Shown here in pieces: positions 18,163 through 29,636 of a stretch of DNA of 64,000 nt. Position 1 is the stretch's first letter; the number at the start of each line of letters is the position of its first letter. The notes below the pieces were generated by a model that did no database searches, was not told the DNA's origin, and saw only the letters and a program-made list of their open reading frames with translations. Made by a program: the position numbers and the translations under genes. Location: the sequence record SRR31156797_961; one strand, written 5' to 3'.

Positions 18163-20032
18163 TTAGTAGTTCATTTGGACTTTAAATCCTAAATCTGAAA
18201 AAAGTGTTTTATTACTCAGGTGAACACCGTAATACGGGCTGTAATGCCCTTCAAACTCATAAGTAAAGATTTCATGTTTCAAATTCCCAGTGTTGTAATC
18301 GTAAATTTTCAATTTATCATGTGCATGATTGAGCGATACAAATTCATAGGTATTATAATCAATATTGTAAACATATTTATCCCCTAAATATATTTGTCTT
18401 ACCTCAGACAGATCATTCAATGATTTTGTGATCAGATAATTCCCGTCGTAATAGGAGAAATTGTTATCCAGGTAATCAAATTGATAGAAAGTAACATCCT
18501 CTTCCCAAATTGCATTGAATACCCCGTCATCATTGTGTATAAGAATAGTTGTTGATGAATTGAATCCGGTTTTGGTATATCTGATAAATATATAGCCTCC
18601 ATTGGGGGTTATTCTAAGAGAACGACTCCAGTCGTCTGCCAAATCTGTCAGATCATAAGTGCCTATCAATTCTTCTTCCAAAACATTATACACATAAATC
18701 CGTCCTGAATAATATACGAGAATTCCGTTGTTTGATATTGTATAATTACTTGTGTGTTGATAGAGCCCCGAAATATCCTCGGTTGTAACTTGTTTTATAG
18801 TGGATAAGTCGTTAGCATCATATAAAGTAAACGTATTTAATGACGCGTTTATCAGATATTGTCCATCGGGTGACGAAACAATTGTATTGTTAGCCGGTTC
18901 TATGGAATCAACATGGGTTTGGGATATGCAATCAAATTTTAAAATTTTGAAGGGAGAATAATAACAGTACTGACCAAGTGGTGTGTTAAAAAACAAAAAA
19001 GGTTCTATCGGGTCTCCTGCGTAAATATAACCGGTATTTGAGGAAAAAAGGCCAATATTTTGAGGATCGTTAATTACTGGTAGGTTTTTAAGCGGTACCG
19101 GATAAAGGAAATAAAATGCTTCAACCCCAAAGTGTGTATTTTCGTAAATATAGGAAGTGTCATTCTTCCCAACGTGCGCAATTTCAACACCCTGTTTTGG
19201 GCTGTTAAGAGATTCGTAAAGTTTAAACCCTGAAATATTTCCAGCATATTTGCTTTTGTTCCATGAAAAAACAAAAGAATTGTCTTCTGTGTATTGAGCC
19301 ACAATTTGCGGCATTTCATCCTCAAAAGAAATGTTTGCTTTGCTGTATATACCGTGATCAGTATATGTTTTCAGGTAGTAATCCTTCTCGAATCCTGTAA
19401 AGGATGAATCAAATGCCTGATTTACATTCTGATTATAAATCACAGCAATTGTATCGTTGCTAAGTAATCCCCATGCTTCATGAATAAGTGCGTACTTTTT
19501 AAATCCAACCCCCTTGTATGGAGTCCATTTTACCAACAGGCTTGAATCGATACACAGGAAATCCGTGATTTTAGATCCGATATCATCATTATCTACGATA
19601 ATCAATGTCCATTCATTTTGATACAGAAACCCTTCCATTAAGAGCGTATCAGCAATACTGCCCGAACCTGATGGTATCAGAAACTCTATTTTTAGCGTGT
19701 AAGGTGTGTTTTTTTCAAGCTCATGAGATGGCCTTAATTCAAGATTGCCATCGGCTTCATAATTTGTATCATACAACACCTCATCAATGTAAATATTTAT
19801 CCAGTTGATGGTGCTTCCTCCAATCTGATGTTTAAATCTGGTGGCCCTGCCGGCAGGAATATAAACTGTGTCCATATCAAAGTTCAGTTCAACTATAATA
19901 TCCGGTGGGGTTGTGTCCGGCTCAATTTCAATTTCATAAACATCTTTTGGTGTTTGCACAACCTGATAGGAGCAACAAGAAGAAAGCAATAATGGACGGA
20001 ATGCCAACTAAAAAGTAAGGGTATTTTTTCAT
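18163..20032 (-). pseudogene. Lipoprotein (Fn3-like/beta-propeller-like) with a frameshift just after the lipobox
   Basis: ATG 20032 gives MKKYPYFLVGIPSIIAFFLLLLSG-C (lipobox) but stops at TGA 19936-19934. The ~600-aa body continues in the +1 frame (track ORF 18163..20007). Confidence 0.7.
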
Positions 20033-20368
20033 CTGTATTTAATATCGATACATTTTTTTTCAAGGTAATAAGTAGCACTTCAAAGGTAGCGCTTTTTGTT
20101 TTAAAAAAGAAAGATTTAGCCTTGGATTTTTACTTTCGGAATCATTGTTTTTTGGTTAATTAATTCTGGATTTCACTTAGTGATTCCCAAGGCTGCTTTA
20201 CTCTTTGTGGAACTTGTCATAACCAAGAGTTCCAGGTTTACAAGATTCTTGCTTTTGTGAATTGGTAATCCGGGAAATATTAAAGGTTGAGTTGACGATA
20301 TAAAAATCATTATCCAACCTTTAGATATTTGGATCGGGGTAACCTATGAGGTTGAACAGATTCGTGAA

Positions 20369-21040
20369 TTAATCCTTGATCTTGGCATATTCCAAAAATT
20401 CAATGTCTTTGAGTTGGTCTATCAAATGGGTTTTGCCATCTTTAATTACGTATATCGTATCGCAGATTTCAATAATATGCTTATACATATGATCTGTCAC
20501 CATGATGCCTTTAAACGTACTTTGACATCTGATCAATTCCTTGATTTTATCGATATGAAGAGGCATGATATGCGAAAAGGGCTCATCCAGTAAACAAAAC
20601 CTGGAATCAGCAAACAGAATAAGCCAGATCTCAACGATCCTTCGTTCACCACCTGATAGCGTTTCAAATTTTGAATGGTCGTATTTTCTAAATTCGGGGA
20701 AGTCAAGTAAAAAGGCATCGAAATCAAGTTTAAAATCTTCAAAGATTCTTTTCAGGCTTAAAAATTTGGGGATAAAGTTGAACTGTGGAAGGTACATCAA
20801 ATCCTTTGGATTTCGCTTTGAGCCCAATAATGCTTTTTTATTAATCCTGATGGTTCCGTTTTGTGGTTTCAGCTTTCCAAAAATTATATTCATCAAGCAG
20901 GTTTTTCCTGCGCCGTTTCGGCCAAGCAACCCGGCGATACTGTTGGCCTGACACTTCACATATACATCCTGTAAAACCCTTTTATTGCCGAATTCAAGGA
21001 TTACACTATCCACCTCTAATATTTGATTTACAGTATCCAT
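20369..21040 (-). CDS. ABC transporter ATP-binding protein (LptB-like, short)
   Basis: GRNGAGKT Walker A, LSGGE, LLDEPF, TDH; likely start 21040. Confidence 0.85.
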   Translation of the reverse strand: MDTVNQILEVDSVILEFGNKRVLQDVYVKCQANSIAGLLGRNGAGKTCLMNIIFGKLKPQNGTIRINKKALLGSKRNPKDLMYLPQFNFIPKFLSLKRIFEDFKLDFDAFLLDFPEFRKYDHSKFETLSGGERRIVEIWLILFADSRFCLLDEPFSHIMPLHIDKIKELIRCQSTFKGIMVTDHMYKHIIEICDTIYVIKDGKTHLIDQLKDIEFLEYAKIKD

Positions 21041-21318
21041 AACAAAATTATCAGTAGTGAAATAAATATGGTGAAGTCCAGGCCCATTGCCCGGGACCAT
21101 AGTGAAACCCTTGAATAGCCGAGGTTGTGGTAGTAGTAAAACTCTTTCTTTTTGTAGAGGTTAATATACAGAATTATCAGGCCTGATGTGATGAGTTTCA
21201 GTAGTATCAACAGTGTGAGAATATCCAAACCATGCATAAAAAGCAAACCTCCACATGCAAGGGTGATTAAATTGCTGGCGAAATGAAACGACAGGTAAAA
21301 AGTAAATACAATTTTCAA
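21028..21318 (-). CDS. Small membrane protein coupled to the ABC ATPase
   Basis: About 3 hydrophobic segments, EFYYYHNLG motif; overlaps the ATPase start. Confidence 0.65.
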   Translation of the reverse strand: MKIVFTFYLSFHFASNLITLACGGLLFMHGLDILTLLILLKLITSGLIILYINLYKKKEFYYYHNLGYSRVSLWSRAMGLDFTIFISLLIILLWIL

Positions 21319-21434
21319 GACATTAAATAATTTGAGCTTGCTTTAAGCAATAAATCTGCCATGGATGATTGGTCAGTATGTTTTTTCAGGGTATTCAGAA
21401 AATAATTTTCTGACCAAATTGGGGCAGGCGGGTG

Positions 21435-22514
21435 TTAATTTATACATTTCTTCAGAATGACCTTTTGATAAAAATCAGGCTTCTCGATGGCTTTGTAAAA
21501 ATCTTCGATATATGAGCGTACCTCTTTTTTGGTTCGGGAATCCAGATGTTGAAACGAATCGATCACAGCGAAAACCTCTTCTTTATGGATGATGAAATTT
21601 TCGATCTCTTTTTTATAAGCACTTTCCGTATAGCATAGCCCGGCAAACACCCTGGTTTTTACAGATTCAATCTCCGGATCTCTTGTGTTAACGGCATAAT
21701 CGGCGTTTACCAGTCCGGAATGATCAAAATCGTAGGGAACAGCAAAAGGAAGCGGTTTTGTGAAATCGAAGGATTTCATCAGTTTTACGTTGTGCAGTTT
21801 GGGGATAGTCCAATCCACATTGCCAATCATATACTGAAACAACGAAAAACGGATCATGGAGGTTGTGTCGATGCTTCTCATGGCCAGTTTTTCGTTTTCC
21901 ACTTCCACACAGTTGTTGCGTTCGCACAATACATCGATGTGTTCAATTAAAAAGGCATGGCGCAAAAGGGGTTTTGGCTTTTTTCGGGTGTCGATATAGT
22001 TCATCTCGATCAACTGCACCCGAAAACTATGTTCGGTAAAAATGTTCAGGAGCTTGTAAGCCAGGTATTCTTTCAGCAGGTTTTCTTTGTTTCTTTTGGA
22101 TGTATTGCAATGGGTAACCAGTTTGTGGCTGTTCACCTGATCGAGGTAGGGATCATCAAAAGTTGCCTTTTTTAGTTTGAGTTTGATGGGCGGGAAATAA
22201 CAGATTTTTTTGCGTGATTGTCCGCGGGCTTCAATTTCAATATCCTGCGAAATGGTGGTTCCATCCTGTTTGAAATAGGTTAAAACCGCCGGGATTTTCA
22301 CGTCATCAAATTTAGTTTTGGTAAATTCCCTGATATCAAATGCCATTGAAAATTTCAGCGGGCCTTCCAGGTCGAAAATTGATTGGCCGGGTAGCAGGGT
22401 GTCATTTTCCTGTTGATATTCCTGAGCCTGAAGAGTTGTGTTAAATGCAGGCTGCATCAGTCCGGTCAGCATCAGGAAAAACAGGAACTTCAACCAAAAA
22501 TTATTTTTTATCAT
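21435..22514 (-). CDS. Exported hypothetical protein with atypical kinase-like (CotH/HipA-like) motifs
   Basis: Signal peptide; RG..R, KLVTHC, KEYLAYK, MIGNVDW...HNVKL and VPYDFD motifs. Confidence 0.55.
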   Translation of the reverse strand: MIKNNFWLKFLFFLMLTGLMQPAFNTTLQAQEYQQENDTLLPGQSIFDLEGPLKFSMAFDIREFTKTKFDDVKIPAVLTYFKQDGTTISQDIEIEARGQSRKKICYFPPIKLKLKKATFDDPYLDQVNSHKLVTHCNTSKRNKENLLKEYLAYKLLNIFTEHSFRVQLIEMNYIDTRKKPKPLLRHAFLIEHIDVLCERNNCVEVENEKLAMRSIDTTSMIRFSLFQYMIGNVDWTIPKLHNVKLMKSFDFTKPLPFAVPYDFDHSGLVNADYAVNTRDPEIESVKTRVFAGLCYTESAYKKEIENFIIHKEEVFAVIDSFQHLDSRTKKEVRSYIEDFYKAIEKPDFYQKVILKKCIN

Positions 22515-23046
22515 GATAGAAATCTGTTGCGATATTCATATAAATTCATAACATCCTCAAAAATAGGATTATCTTTTTAATGAGGAATTGATAAGCCTTT
22601 TCCCTTCGAAAACCAGAAGGCCGGTTTTAATTTAGGATGACTAAGTTGTGGAAAAGTTGGCCATGAAGGAAGGTATGTTTTTTATTTGTGCATGCGTGGC
22701 CAATGCCATTTATAATGGCTTTTTTTCAACGTTTTCCAACCTCAATTCAGGCAGGGCCCAAAGGAACGGGTTCTGACCCTGGATGGTCAAAATGCAAATG
22801 AGCAGAAATAATTTCAGTCTATTTATTGTCATCTAATTACAAACATAGTCATAAACGATTTAAGTTTTGCGTAGGAATGATATGAGAGTTCAACATGTTT
22901 TTTGCGGCCCGATTGTGGATTTTTTTTCCGTAAGAGTTCGTTATCGTATTCAAGTGTTCAATTTCATCAAAGGTTTCACACAGGAATAAAAATCACTCAT
23001 GAATTAAACCTCAGCAATACAATAGCATTAGCTCATTCCCAAAGAG

Positions 23047-25545
23047 TTAAAACTCCCAATGCAGTTTAAGTCCCATGGTTCTTCCAACTGCAGGAATATA
23101 AGTTGGTGCGCCATAAAAACCACCCATATTTCCGGCACTAAGCAAATAATCTTCGTCAAATAAATTGTGCGAAAAAAGTGTCAGGGTCATTTTTTGTTGC
23201 ATAGCTTTTATGCCGGCAGAAATATTCACCAGAACAAAACCAGCCTGCTTTAAGTTCTCCGAATTTGAATCATCAAAATAATAATCCGATTTATAACTTA
23301 CGGATGGTATTGCAAACAATTCAAAGTTTTTGCCAACCTCAACGGTTCCTTTTAGTCCAAGATTAGCCGAATGCTCCGGAGTAAGGCGGAATTGATTATC
23401 TGCAAAATCCTGTTCATTCCCGTTTTCATCCTCCGCATCATAACGGGCTTTGATAAAGGCATAGTTACCAAAAGCATTTAACCCTTTAATTATGTTCAGG
23501 CTGAAGGAAGTTTCTGCACCAAATGAAGTTGCATTTCCGGAATCAATAATAAGAAATGGTTGTTGCGGATCAAATAACTGAAAATGCTTGTACTTGTAAT
23601 AAAACGCTGTGAAATCGATCAGGAAAATACTGTTAATCCTGGCTTTCATTCCCATATCAAAACTATCTACAGTTTCATCACTTAATTCATTTATATCGCC
23701 TCGGGTATCGTATTGCAACACATTAGGACGACGTCCCCTGTTGTACGATGCAAAGAAATTAAGGTTTTCATTGGGTAAATAATTTACCACCAAACGCCCG
23801 GTAAGCCCTGAATAGTTTCCGCTGGTTTCTTCATACACAGAGGGCAAAAACAGAAAGTTAGGGGCATTTTGGGTTATGTTGCCAAGAAACGAAGGTTGTC
23901 CACCAATGTGTGCTGCTTCCCTGTTAACCTCCGAATTATCCATGACAAAACGCAGACCTGCAGTTACATTCCAATTCCTTGTAAATTCATAGGTTGCATC
24001 AGTAAACACCTCGAAGGCCTGATTGGTAGCTCCCAGTAAGTTATTTTCTACATGAATCTCATCCGTTGGAATAGGTGCGCCGGCCAAAGGCCCAAACCGT
24101 GGATCATCCGGAATATTTGTCATAGGGTACGGTGAATCACCTGAATACTGAACGTAAGGTGTTAATTGGAATAAAACATATCCCAAATGTTGCTCATTGG
24201 TTCTGAAAATATAGTCCTGCTGAACTTTTTCATATAAATAATTCACCCCGGTAAAACCTTTTAGCTTATCTCCAATACCATAATTTACGCGGATTTCCTG
24301 ATTGAACAGGCGGGAATCAATATCCTCGGTCATATCAAGGGCATCAAGCAAACTGCCATCCCCATCAAAACGCTCGAAACTTTTATTGGTTTGCCAGGAA
24401 GTTATGGCATTGATAGCTACATCTGGCGTAATCTGACGATGGATATTCAGGTTTGCGTTCAGCAATTCTTTTTCAATTCTCAAATCATCGGCATTATTTA
24501 AATATGCAGTTCGCTCAAAAAAATCTACTTCGCCATTAGGGGTTGGGGTTGTGCCGCTCATGAAACCAATGCCGCTGCCTTCATCTTTCTGATAATTGAT
24601 GGTAAAATCTACACGGCCTTTATTGCATGGGAATAATCGTATGGAAAAGCGAAATCCTTTGCTGTCTTTATCGCCAAGTTTAATGCCGTCGTAATTCTCA
24701 ATATATCCGTCATTTTGATTATAAAAGGCTGCAATTCTTGTATTTAGTTTGTTTTGGATTACCGGGATATTCAGCGCGAAATTGATGTTGTATTGGTTAT
24801 AAGAACCGTAACCCGCCTGAACGAAGCCACCAAAGGTGTTGGCTGGCTTTTTGGTCAGGTAATGAATGGCTCCTGTTTGCGCTCCCCTTCCGAACAAAGT
24901 TCCCTGGGGACCTTTTAGCACTTCAATACGCTCCATGTCATAGAGTTCTATTACCCCGCCACTGGCACGGCTTACCGGTGCATTGTTCATAAACAATGAA
25001 ACCCGTGGTTGTGCATTTGGACTTACTTCATCACTGGTTAATCCTCGAATAACAAAGTTTGGCCGTTGCAGACTTTGAATCCGCACATTCAGTCCCGGGA
25101 CCTGATCACTAAACCGGCTCATATTGTCGATTGACAGGGCATTAATTTCTTGCTGGGTAACAGCACTTATGCTAATAGGAACTTTCATGATCTCCTGTTC
25201 ACGTTTTTGTGCTGTAACAATTACTGCAGGTAAATCAAATGTAGTTTCACTCATATTTAAGTCCAATACATTTTCACCCTCTTGTACATGAATATTGATG
25301 TACTGTGTTTCGAATCCGGTTAAGCTAAAACGAATAGCGGTCTCGCCAATCAAAACGTTTTCCAGCAAATATGCGCCATCCTGGTTGCTGATGGTGCCTT
25401 CACCTGTTGAACTTACATAAATACTCACGCCTTGCAGCGGTTGATTTTTTGCATCACTTATTTTCCCTTTGATGCTGTTTCTCTGCGCTAACAAGGTAAT
25501 GGAGATAAACACAAATACCGACAATACAGTTAATTTTTTGGCCAT
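23047..25545 (-). CDS. TonB-dependent receptor with N-terminal carboxypeptidase-regulatory-like domain
   Basis: VIVTAQKRE, IRG, ERIEVLKGPQGTLFGR plug motifs, NLFD and terminal Phe. Confidence 0.9.
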   Translation of the reverse strand: MAKKLTVLSVFVFISITLLAQRNSIKGKISDAKNQPLQGVSIYVSSTGEGTISNQDGAYLLENVLIGETAIRFSLTGFETQYINIHVQEGENVLDLNMSETTFDLPAVIVTAQKREQEIMKVPISISAVTQQEINALSIDNMSRFSDQVPGLNVRIQSLQRPNFVIRGLTSDEVSPNAQPRVSLFMNNAPVSRASGGVIELYDMERIEVLKGPQGTLFGRGAQTGAIHYLTKKPANTFGGFVQAGYGSYNQYNINFALNIPVIQNKLNTRIAAFYNQNDGYIENYDGIKLGDKDSKGFRFSIRLFPCNKGRVDFTINYQKDEGSGIGFMSGTTPTPNGEVDFFERTAYLNNADDLRIEKELLNANLNIHRQITPDVAINAITSWQTNKSFERFDGDGSLLDALDMTEDIDSRLFNQEIRVNYGIGDKLKGFTGVNYLYEKVQQDYIFRTNEQHLGYVLFQLTPYVQYSGDSPYPMTNIPDDPRFGPLAGAPIPTDEIHVENNLLGATNQAFEVFTDATYEFTRNWNVTAGLRFVMDNSEVNREAAHIGGQPSFLGNITQNAPNFLFLPSVYEETSGNYSGLTGRLVVNYLPNENLNFFASYNRGRRPNVLQYDTRGDINELSDETVDSFDMGMKARINSIFLIDFTAFYYKYKHFQLFDPQQPFLIIDSGNATSFGAETSFSLNIIKGLNAFGNYAFIKARYDAEDENGNEQDFADNQFRLTPEHSANLGLKGTVEVGKNFELFAIPSVSYKSDYYFDDSNSENLKQAGFVLVNISAGIKAMQQKMTLTLFSHNLFDEDYLLSAGNMGGFYGAPTYIPAVGRTMGLKLHWEF

Positions 25546-25832
25546 TGGTTTGTTTTTATGTTAAAATAGAGCTTGGTTATTTGGTATTTCAGTCATTTAA
25601 ATGGATAGTTTTTTTGAAAAAGATTTACGATATTTTACTGTTAATATTTTTTGGTGGCATCTTTACCTTGCCTCCAATTTGATTTTGTAGGAACGCTAAT
25701 CAGTTTATTCACCCAAAGTAACCACACCAAATTGACATCATACTTATTTTTTATTTGAATATCTCCATTCGTCTTTTTAATAGTAATTAGCCTTTCAAAG
25801 ATAAAAATATTATGCCGATCATACCGGCACAT

Positions 25833-25865
25833 AAAAAAAAGCAGCCCCGGTTGCCCGAAGCTGCT
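25833..25865 (-). terminator. Intrinsic terminator of the three-subunit oxidoreductase operon
   Basis: GCAGC...GCTGC stem followed on the minus strand by T8. Confidence 0.65.
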
Positions 25866-25903
25866 ATAACTCACAAATTTTGGTTTTTGGTTCCGATTCC
25901 CCT

Positions 25904-28900
25904 CTATTTGAAGTTTTGGTTAAACTCGTCGTTGAAACGTTTATTCACAATATCACATCCATGATCGAACATGCGGTTGTAGTTTTCGTGATCGGTAAAG
26001 TGTAACGCAAACTTGCGCTTTTCTGGATCGGTGGCTGCCGGCAGCAGTCCGAAGGCTTCCCAAAGGGCTTCTTCCATACCGTCTATGCCGTTCATCCCCA
26101 TTTTGCCCATCAGGTCGATAAGCTGCTCAGGAGCCGTTTTTTCCATCGCCGAATCCATTTGTTTTTCAAACTTCTGGATGCGTTTTTGCCCGGTAGTAAA
26201 ACTTCCGCCAATCTCGAATGGCAGGGATGCGGGCATGATCAGGTCGGCCTTTTCGGCGGTTTCTGTCATGAAATAATCCTGCACCATGATGAAGTCGGCC
26301 TTTTCAAACCAGGCAACCACCTCTTTATCATCCAGGGCACAACCCACCGGGTCTTCTCCAAAAATGAAGAGGTTTTTCAGCGATCCTTCTTTTAGCAATT
26401 TATAAGGGCTGTTGATGTTTTCAGGTATATCGTCAATACCCCATTTTTGTTTCAGCTTGCTGATCACCATGGGGTCTTCATACGACTGGAATCCTGGTGC
26501 AATTTTGTGGCATCCGCCCATATCAATCACGCCCTGTGCGTTGTTTTTCTCTTTGAGTGCGATAAGCCCCTGTGCGGTTTTACCCATTTTGCCCGTGATG
26601 ATGGCCAGGTTGTGCAACTCAAAACTTACGTTGGATGACACCTCTTTTTCAGAGAATATCAGCACGGCATTGGATTCGTTGTTGAAATCCTTGGCAAATT
26701 GTGCCAGCTCATCAATACAGCACACACCGGATTTTTCGAAAAGATCGTCGAAATCTTCGGCCATCAGTTTCGATTTGTATTCTTCAAACTGCACCGAGCG
26801 GTCGTTGATGAACAACTGGTTCTGGAGTCCGCTGGAAAGGATGAAGTAATTCACGGCTTTCACAAAGTAGTAGAAATCCTTGATGTCGTGCACCTTGTCC
26901 ACCTTGTGTTTCATGCCGCTGTTGTCATCTTTGGTAACCAGTTCTACGGGGACCTTGTAGCGGTTGCGGGTGTCAAATATCATGTGGTTCACCAGCGGAT
27001 GGTCCATGTGGAGGTTAGATCCAAGCACGAAAATCCTGCTGGCATTTTTGATATCCTCAAACGGAACGGCGGCTGTAGCGTTGTAGCCATATCCAATGCC
27101 GCGGCCCATGTAGTGGAAACAGTTGATGTTGTTGGTTTTTGCCCCGGCCCTGGCCAGTTTTTGCACCATGTATATCTCCTCGTTGGTGAGGCGTGCTCCT
27201 GCGAAGAATGCGTTTTCATCCGGGTTCACACCCTTGATCCTGTCGGCGATCAGCTCGTAGGCTTCCTCAAAAGAAATCTCCTCGAATTTGCCACCTTTCT
27301 TCAACATCGGCTTCATGATACGCGATGGATCGTTGAGGTACTTGTACCCAAATTTAGCCTGGCGGCTGATATTGCCATCCAGGTTGATGTCACCTTTTGT
27401 GCCTGTTGCACGCATGAAGAATCCACCTTTGTGGTGCAGCTCCATTTCAAAGCCTTCTGAGCCTAAATTATCGATTACTTGGATGGACTCAGTTTTTACA
27501 GGCCCCGGCTTAAACAGGACATTTTCAGTTATGGCTCCTGTTGGGCACGTGGAGATGCACATACCACAGGATTCGCAGGTGGTTTCGATGAGCGAGTTGC
27601 CCATAGAAGGTGCTACGAAAGTATCGAAACCACGCTCAACCAGTCCGAGTGCCCCTGCTCCGACAACATTTTTACATATCCTGACACATCGGGCGCACAA
27701 TATACATTTGTTGTTGTCAATCTCGATATAGGGATGTGAAAAATCCACATCATATTCGCGGTGTTTGCCGTCAAATTTGTTTTGTTCGGCTTCGTATTCA
27801 GTACAGTGATTTTTTAGGTCGCAGGTAAAATATGCGTTACAGCCACATTCCAGGCAGCGATGTGTTTCCTGAAGTGCCACCTCCTCATTTTTATACCCGA
27901 GCTCAACCTCATCAAAGTTTTGGCGGTTGCCGGGGTCGATGGTTGGCATCTCCTGTCGCAGTTGTTTTTGGTAGCGTCCGATATAATCTTTCGGATCCTG
28001 CTCATGAAAATGGTCACGCCGGCTGATGAATTCTTTCTTTTCAGGTTTTACAGGCTCACCCATCAGGTACTGATGACAGCTCAGTGAAGCGGTTTTGGCC
28101 TGTGCAATGGCTTCAATTATGGTAGCCGGTCCGGTTACGCCGTCGCCGGCAGCAAACATGGACGGAATTCCGGTTTGGAGGGTGTGCCTGTCAGCATCGA
28201 TATCGCCCCAGCGGTTAACTTTCAGTTCGTTTCCATTGGCCGTTGCATTCACATCTTCCAGGAAGTTCACATTGGTTTTTTGGCCGATAGCAGCCATAAT
28301 GTAATCCACCTCAAGTTCATATTCTGAGCCTTCGATAGGCACAGGCCTGCGGCGTCCCGATGAATCAGGTGCGCCCAATTCCATCTTCAGGCAGGTGATG
28401 GATTTCACATCACCATTATGATCTTTATTTACCTTTTTTGGGTTGGTGAGGAAGAGATACTCAACGCCTTCAAGCTTGGATTCGTGAATCTCGATGGGGT
28501 TCGCCGGCATCTCCTTTTCGGTACGGCGGTAAATCACGTAAACCTTTTCGGCGTTGCAACGCATAGAGGTACGGCAGCAGTCCATGGCGGTATTACCACC
28601 ACCAACAACAGCAACCGTTTTTCCGCTGAAGTCATATTTTTGCCCGGTCATTTCCATATTGCGCAGGAAGTCGATCCCGGAGAAAACATTCCCGGCATCG
28701 TCACCTTCGCAGCCAATTAATGTTCCGCGCTGTGACCCGATGGTGAGGATCACACTGTCATATCTCTCTTTGAGTTCAGCATAATGCAGGCTGTCACCAA
28801 ATTTACGGTTGTAAAAAATACGGGCACCCAGTTCGGTTACTGCGGCCACTTCTTTATCAATAATATCATTGGGGAGGCGGTATTCCGGGATTCCATACCT

Positions 28901-29605
28901 GAGCCATCCGCCGGGTTGTGGGCTGGCCTCATAAATATCACACTGGTGCCCTTTTTGCTGGAGGAAATATGCTGATGACAATCCACCAGGCCCGGCCCCG
29001 ATAATAGCTACCTTCTTTCCTGTTGAAGGAGCAACTTTCGGGATATACCTTTTGGGAGATTCCAGGTCGATGTCTGAAGCAAAACGTTTCAGGTAATCGA
29101 TACCCACACCTGTTCCTTCATTGAGGAGGTTACGGCGGCAGGCTGCTTCGCAGGGGCGCACACATACGCGGCCGCAAATGGCAGGCAGCGGGTTCACCTC
29201 TTTGATCAGGCCAACGGCTTCACTGTACAGTCCTTTTTCGATGAGTGAAATATATCCCTGAACATCCACACCTGCAGGGCATGTTTCCTTACAAGGCGCT
29301 ACACAATCTGCATAGTGGTTGCTCACCATCAGATCGAGGGCAGCTTTGCGGGCTCTGCGCACACGATCATTGATAGTGTTGATCTTCATCCCTTCATAAA
29401 TCCGGGTTGAACAGGCGGGTTGCAATCCACGAAGACCTGCAACCTCAACCACACAAACATAACATGATGAGTAGGGCTCAAGCCTCGGATCATTGCAGAG
29501 GGTCGGGATTTCTATATCGTGTCTCCGGGCCAGTTCCAAAATGGTTTCGCCGGCCTTGCCGTTGACTATCTTTCCGTTGAGTAAAATATTTAAACTGTCG
29601 TTCAT
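25904..29605 (-). CDS. Large subunit of a HydABC/Bfu-type flavoenzyme: 2Fe-2S + GltD-like FAD/NADPH module + 2x[4Fe-4S] + degenerate molybdopterin-oxidoreductase domain
   Basis: IPTLC...SCYVC...PAC; CKETCP, CGRVCVRPCEAAC, GAGPGG, GGGNTAMD, YRRT; CILCARCVRIC, CESCGMCISTCP; NuoG/FdhF-like C-terminus (QDYFMTETAEKADLIMP). No H-cluster motifs seen. Confidence 0.85.
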   Translation of the reverse strand: MNDSLNILLNGKIVNGKAGETILELARRHDIEIPTLCNDPRLEPYSSCYVCVVEVAGLRGLQPACSTRIYEGMKINTINDRVRRARKAALDLMVSNHYADCVAPCKETCPAGVDVQGYISLIEKGLYSEAVGLIKEVNPLPAICGRVCVRPCEAACRRNLLNEGTGVGIDYLKRFASDIDLESPKRYIPKVAPSTGKKVAIIGAGPGGLSSAYFLQQKGHQCDIYEASPQPGGWLRYGIPEYRLPNDIIDKEVAAVTELGARIFYNRKFGDSLHYAELKERYDSVILTIGSQRGTLIGCEGDDAGNVFSGIDFLRNMEMTGQKYDFSGKTVAVVGGGNTAMDCCRTSMRCNAEKVYVIYRRTEKEMPANPIEIHESKLEGVEYLFLTNPKKVNKDHNGDVKSITCLKMELGAPDSSGRRRPVPIEGSEYELEVDYIMAAIGQKTNVNFLEDVNATANGNELKVNRWGDIDADRHTLQTGIPSMFAAGDGVTGPATIIEAIAQAKTASLSCHQYLMGEPVKPEKKEFISRRDHFHEQDPKDYIGRYQKQLRQEMPTIDPGNRQNFDEVELGYKNEEVALQETHRCLECGCNAYFTCDLKNHCTEYEAEQNKFDGKHREYDVDFSHPYIEIDNNKCILCARCVRICKNVVGAGALGLVERGFDTFVAPSMGNSLIETTCESCGMCISTCPTGAITENVLFKPGPVKTESIQVIDNLGSEGFEMELHHKGGFFMRATGTKGDINLDGNISRQAKFGYKYLNDPSRIMKPMLKKGGKFEEISFEEAYELIADRIKGVNPDENAFFAGARLTNEEIYMVQKLARAGAKTNNINCFHYMGRGIGYGYNATAAVPFEDIKNASRIFVLGSNLHMDHPLVNHMIFDTRNRYKVPVELVTKDDNSGMKHKVDKVHDIKDFYYFVKAVNYFILSSGLQNQLFINDRSVQFEEYKSKLMAEDFDDLFEKSGVCCIDELAQFAKDFNNESNAVLIFSEKEVSSNVSFELHNLAIITGKMGKTAQGLIALKEKNNAQGVIDMGGCHKIAPGFQSYEDPMVISKLKQKWGIDDIPENINSPYKLLKEGSLKNLFIFGEDPVGCALDDKEVVAWFEKADFIMVQDYFMTETAEKADLIMPASLPFEIGGSFTTGQKRIQKFEKQMDSAMEKTAPEQLIDLMGKMGMNGIDGMEEALWEAFGLLPAATDPEKRKFALHFTDHENYNRMFDHGCDIVNKRFNDEFNQNFK

Positions 29606-29636
29606 TTTCTTCTGGTCTTTGAAATTGGAGTTTGGC

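Noticed and set aside
22748-22790. CAGGGCCCAAAGGAACGGG hairpin resembling the SRP RNA core, in a 530-bp intergenic region
   Set aside because: The loop is not GNRA, the AGCAG element is absent and no long closing helix was seen. No riboswitch consensus recognised.
25641-25874. Short intergenic ORFs (also 32171..32410 and 44587..44808)
   Set aside because: Low-information sequences overlapping terminator or promoter regions; no coding support.
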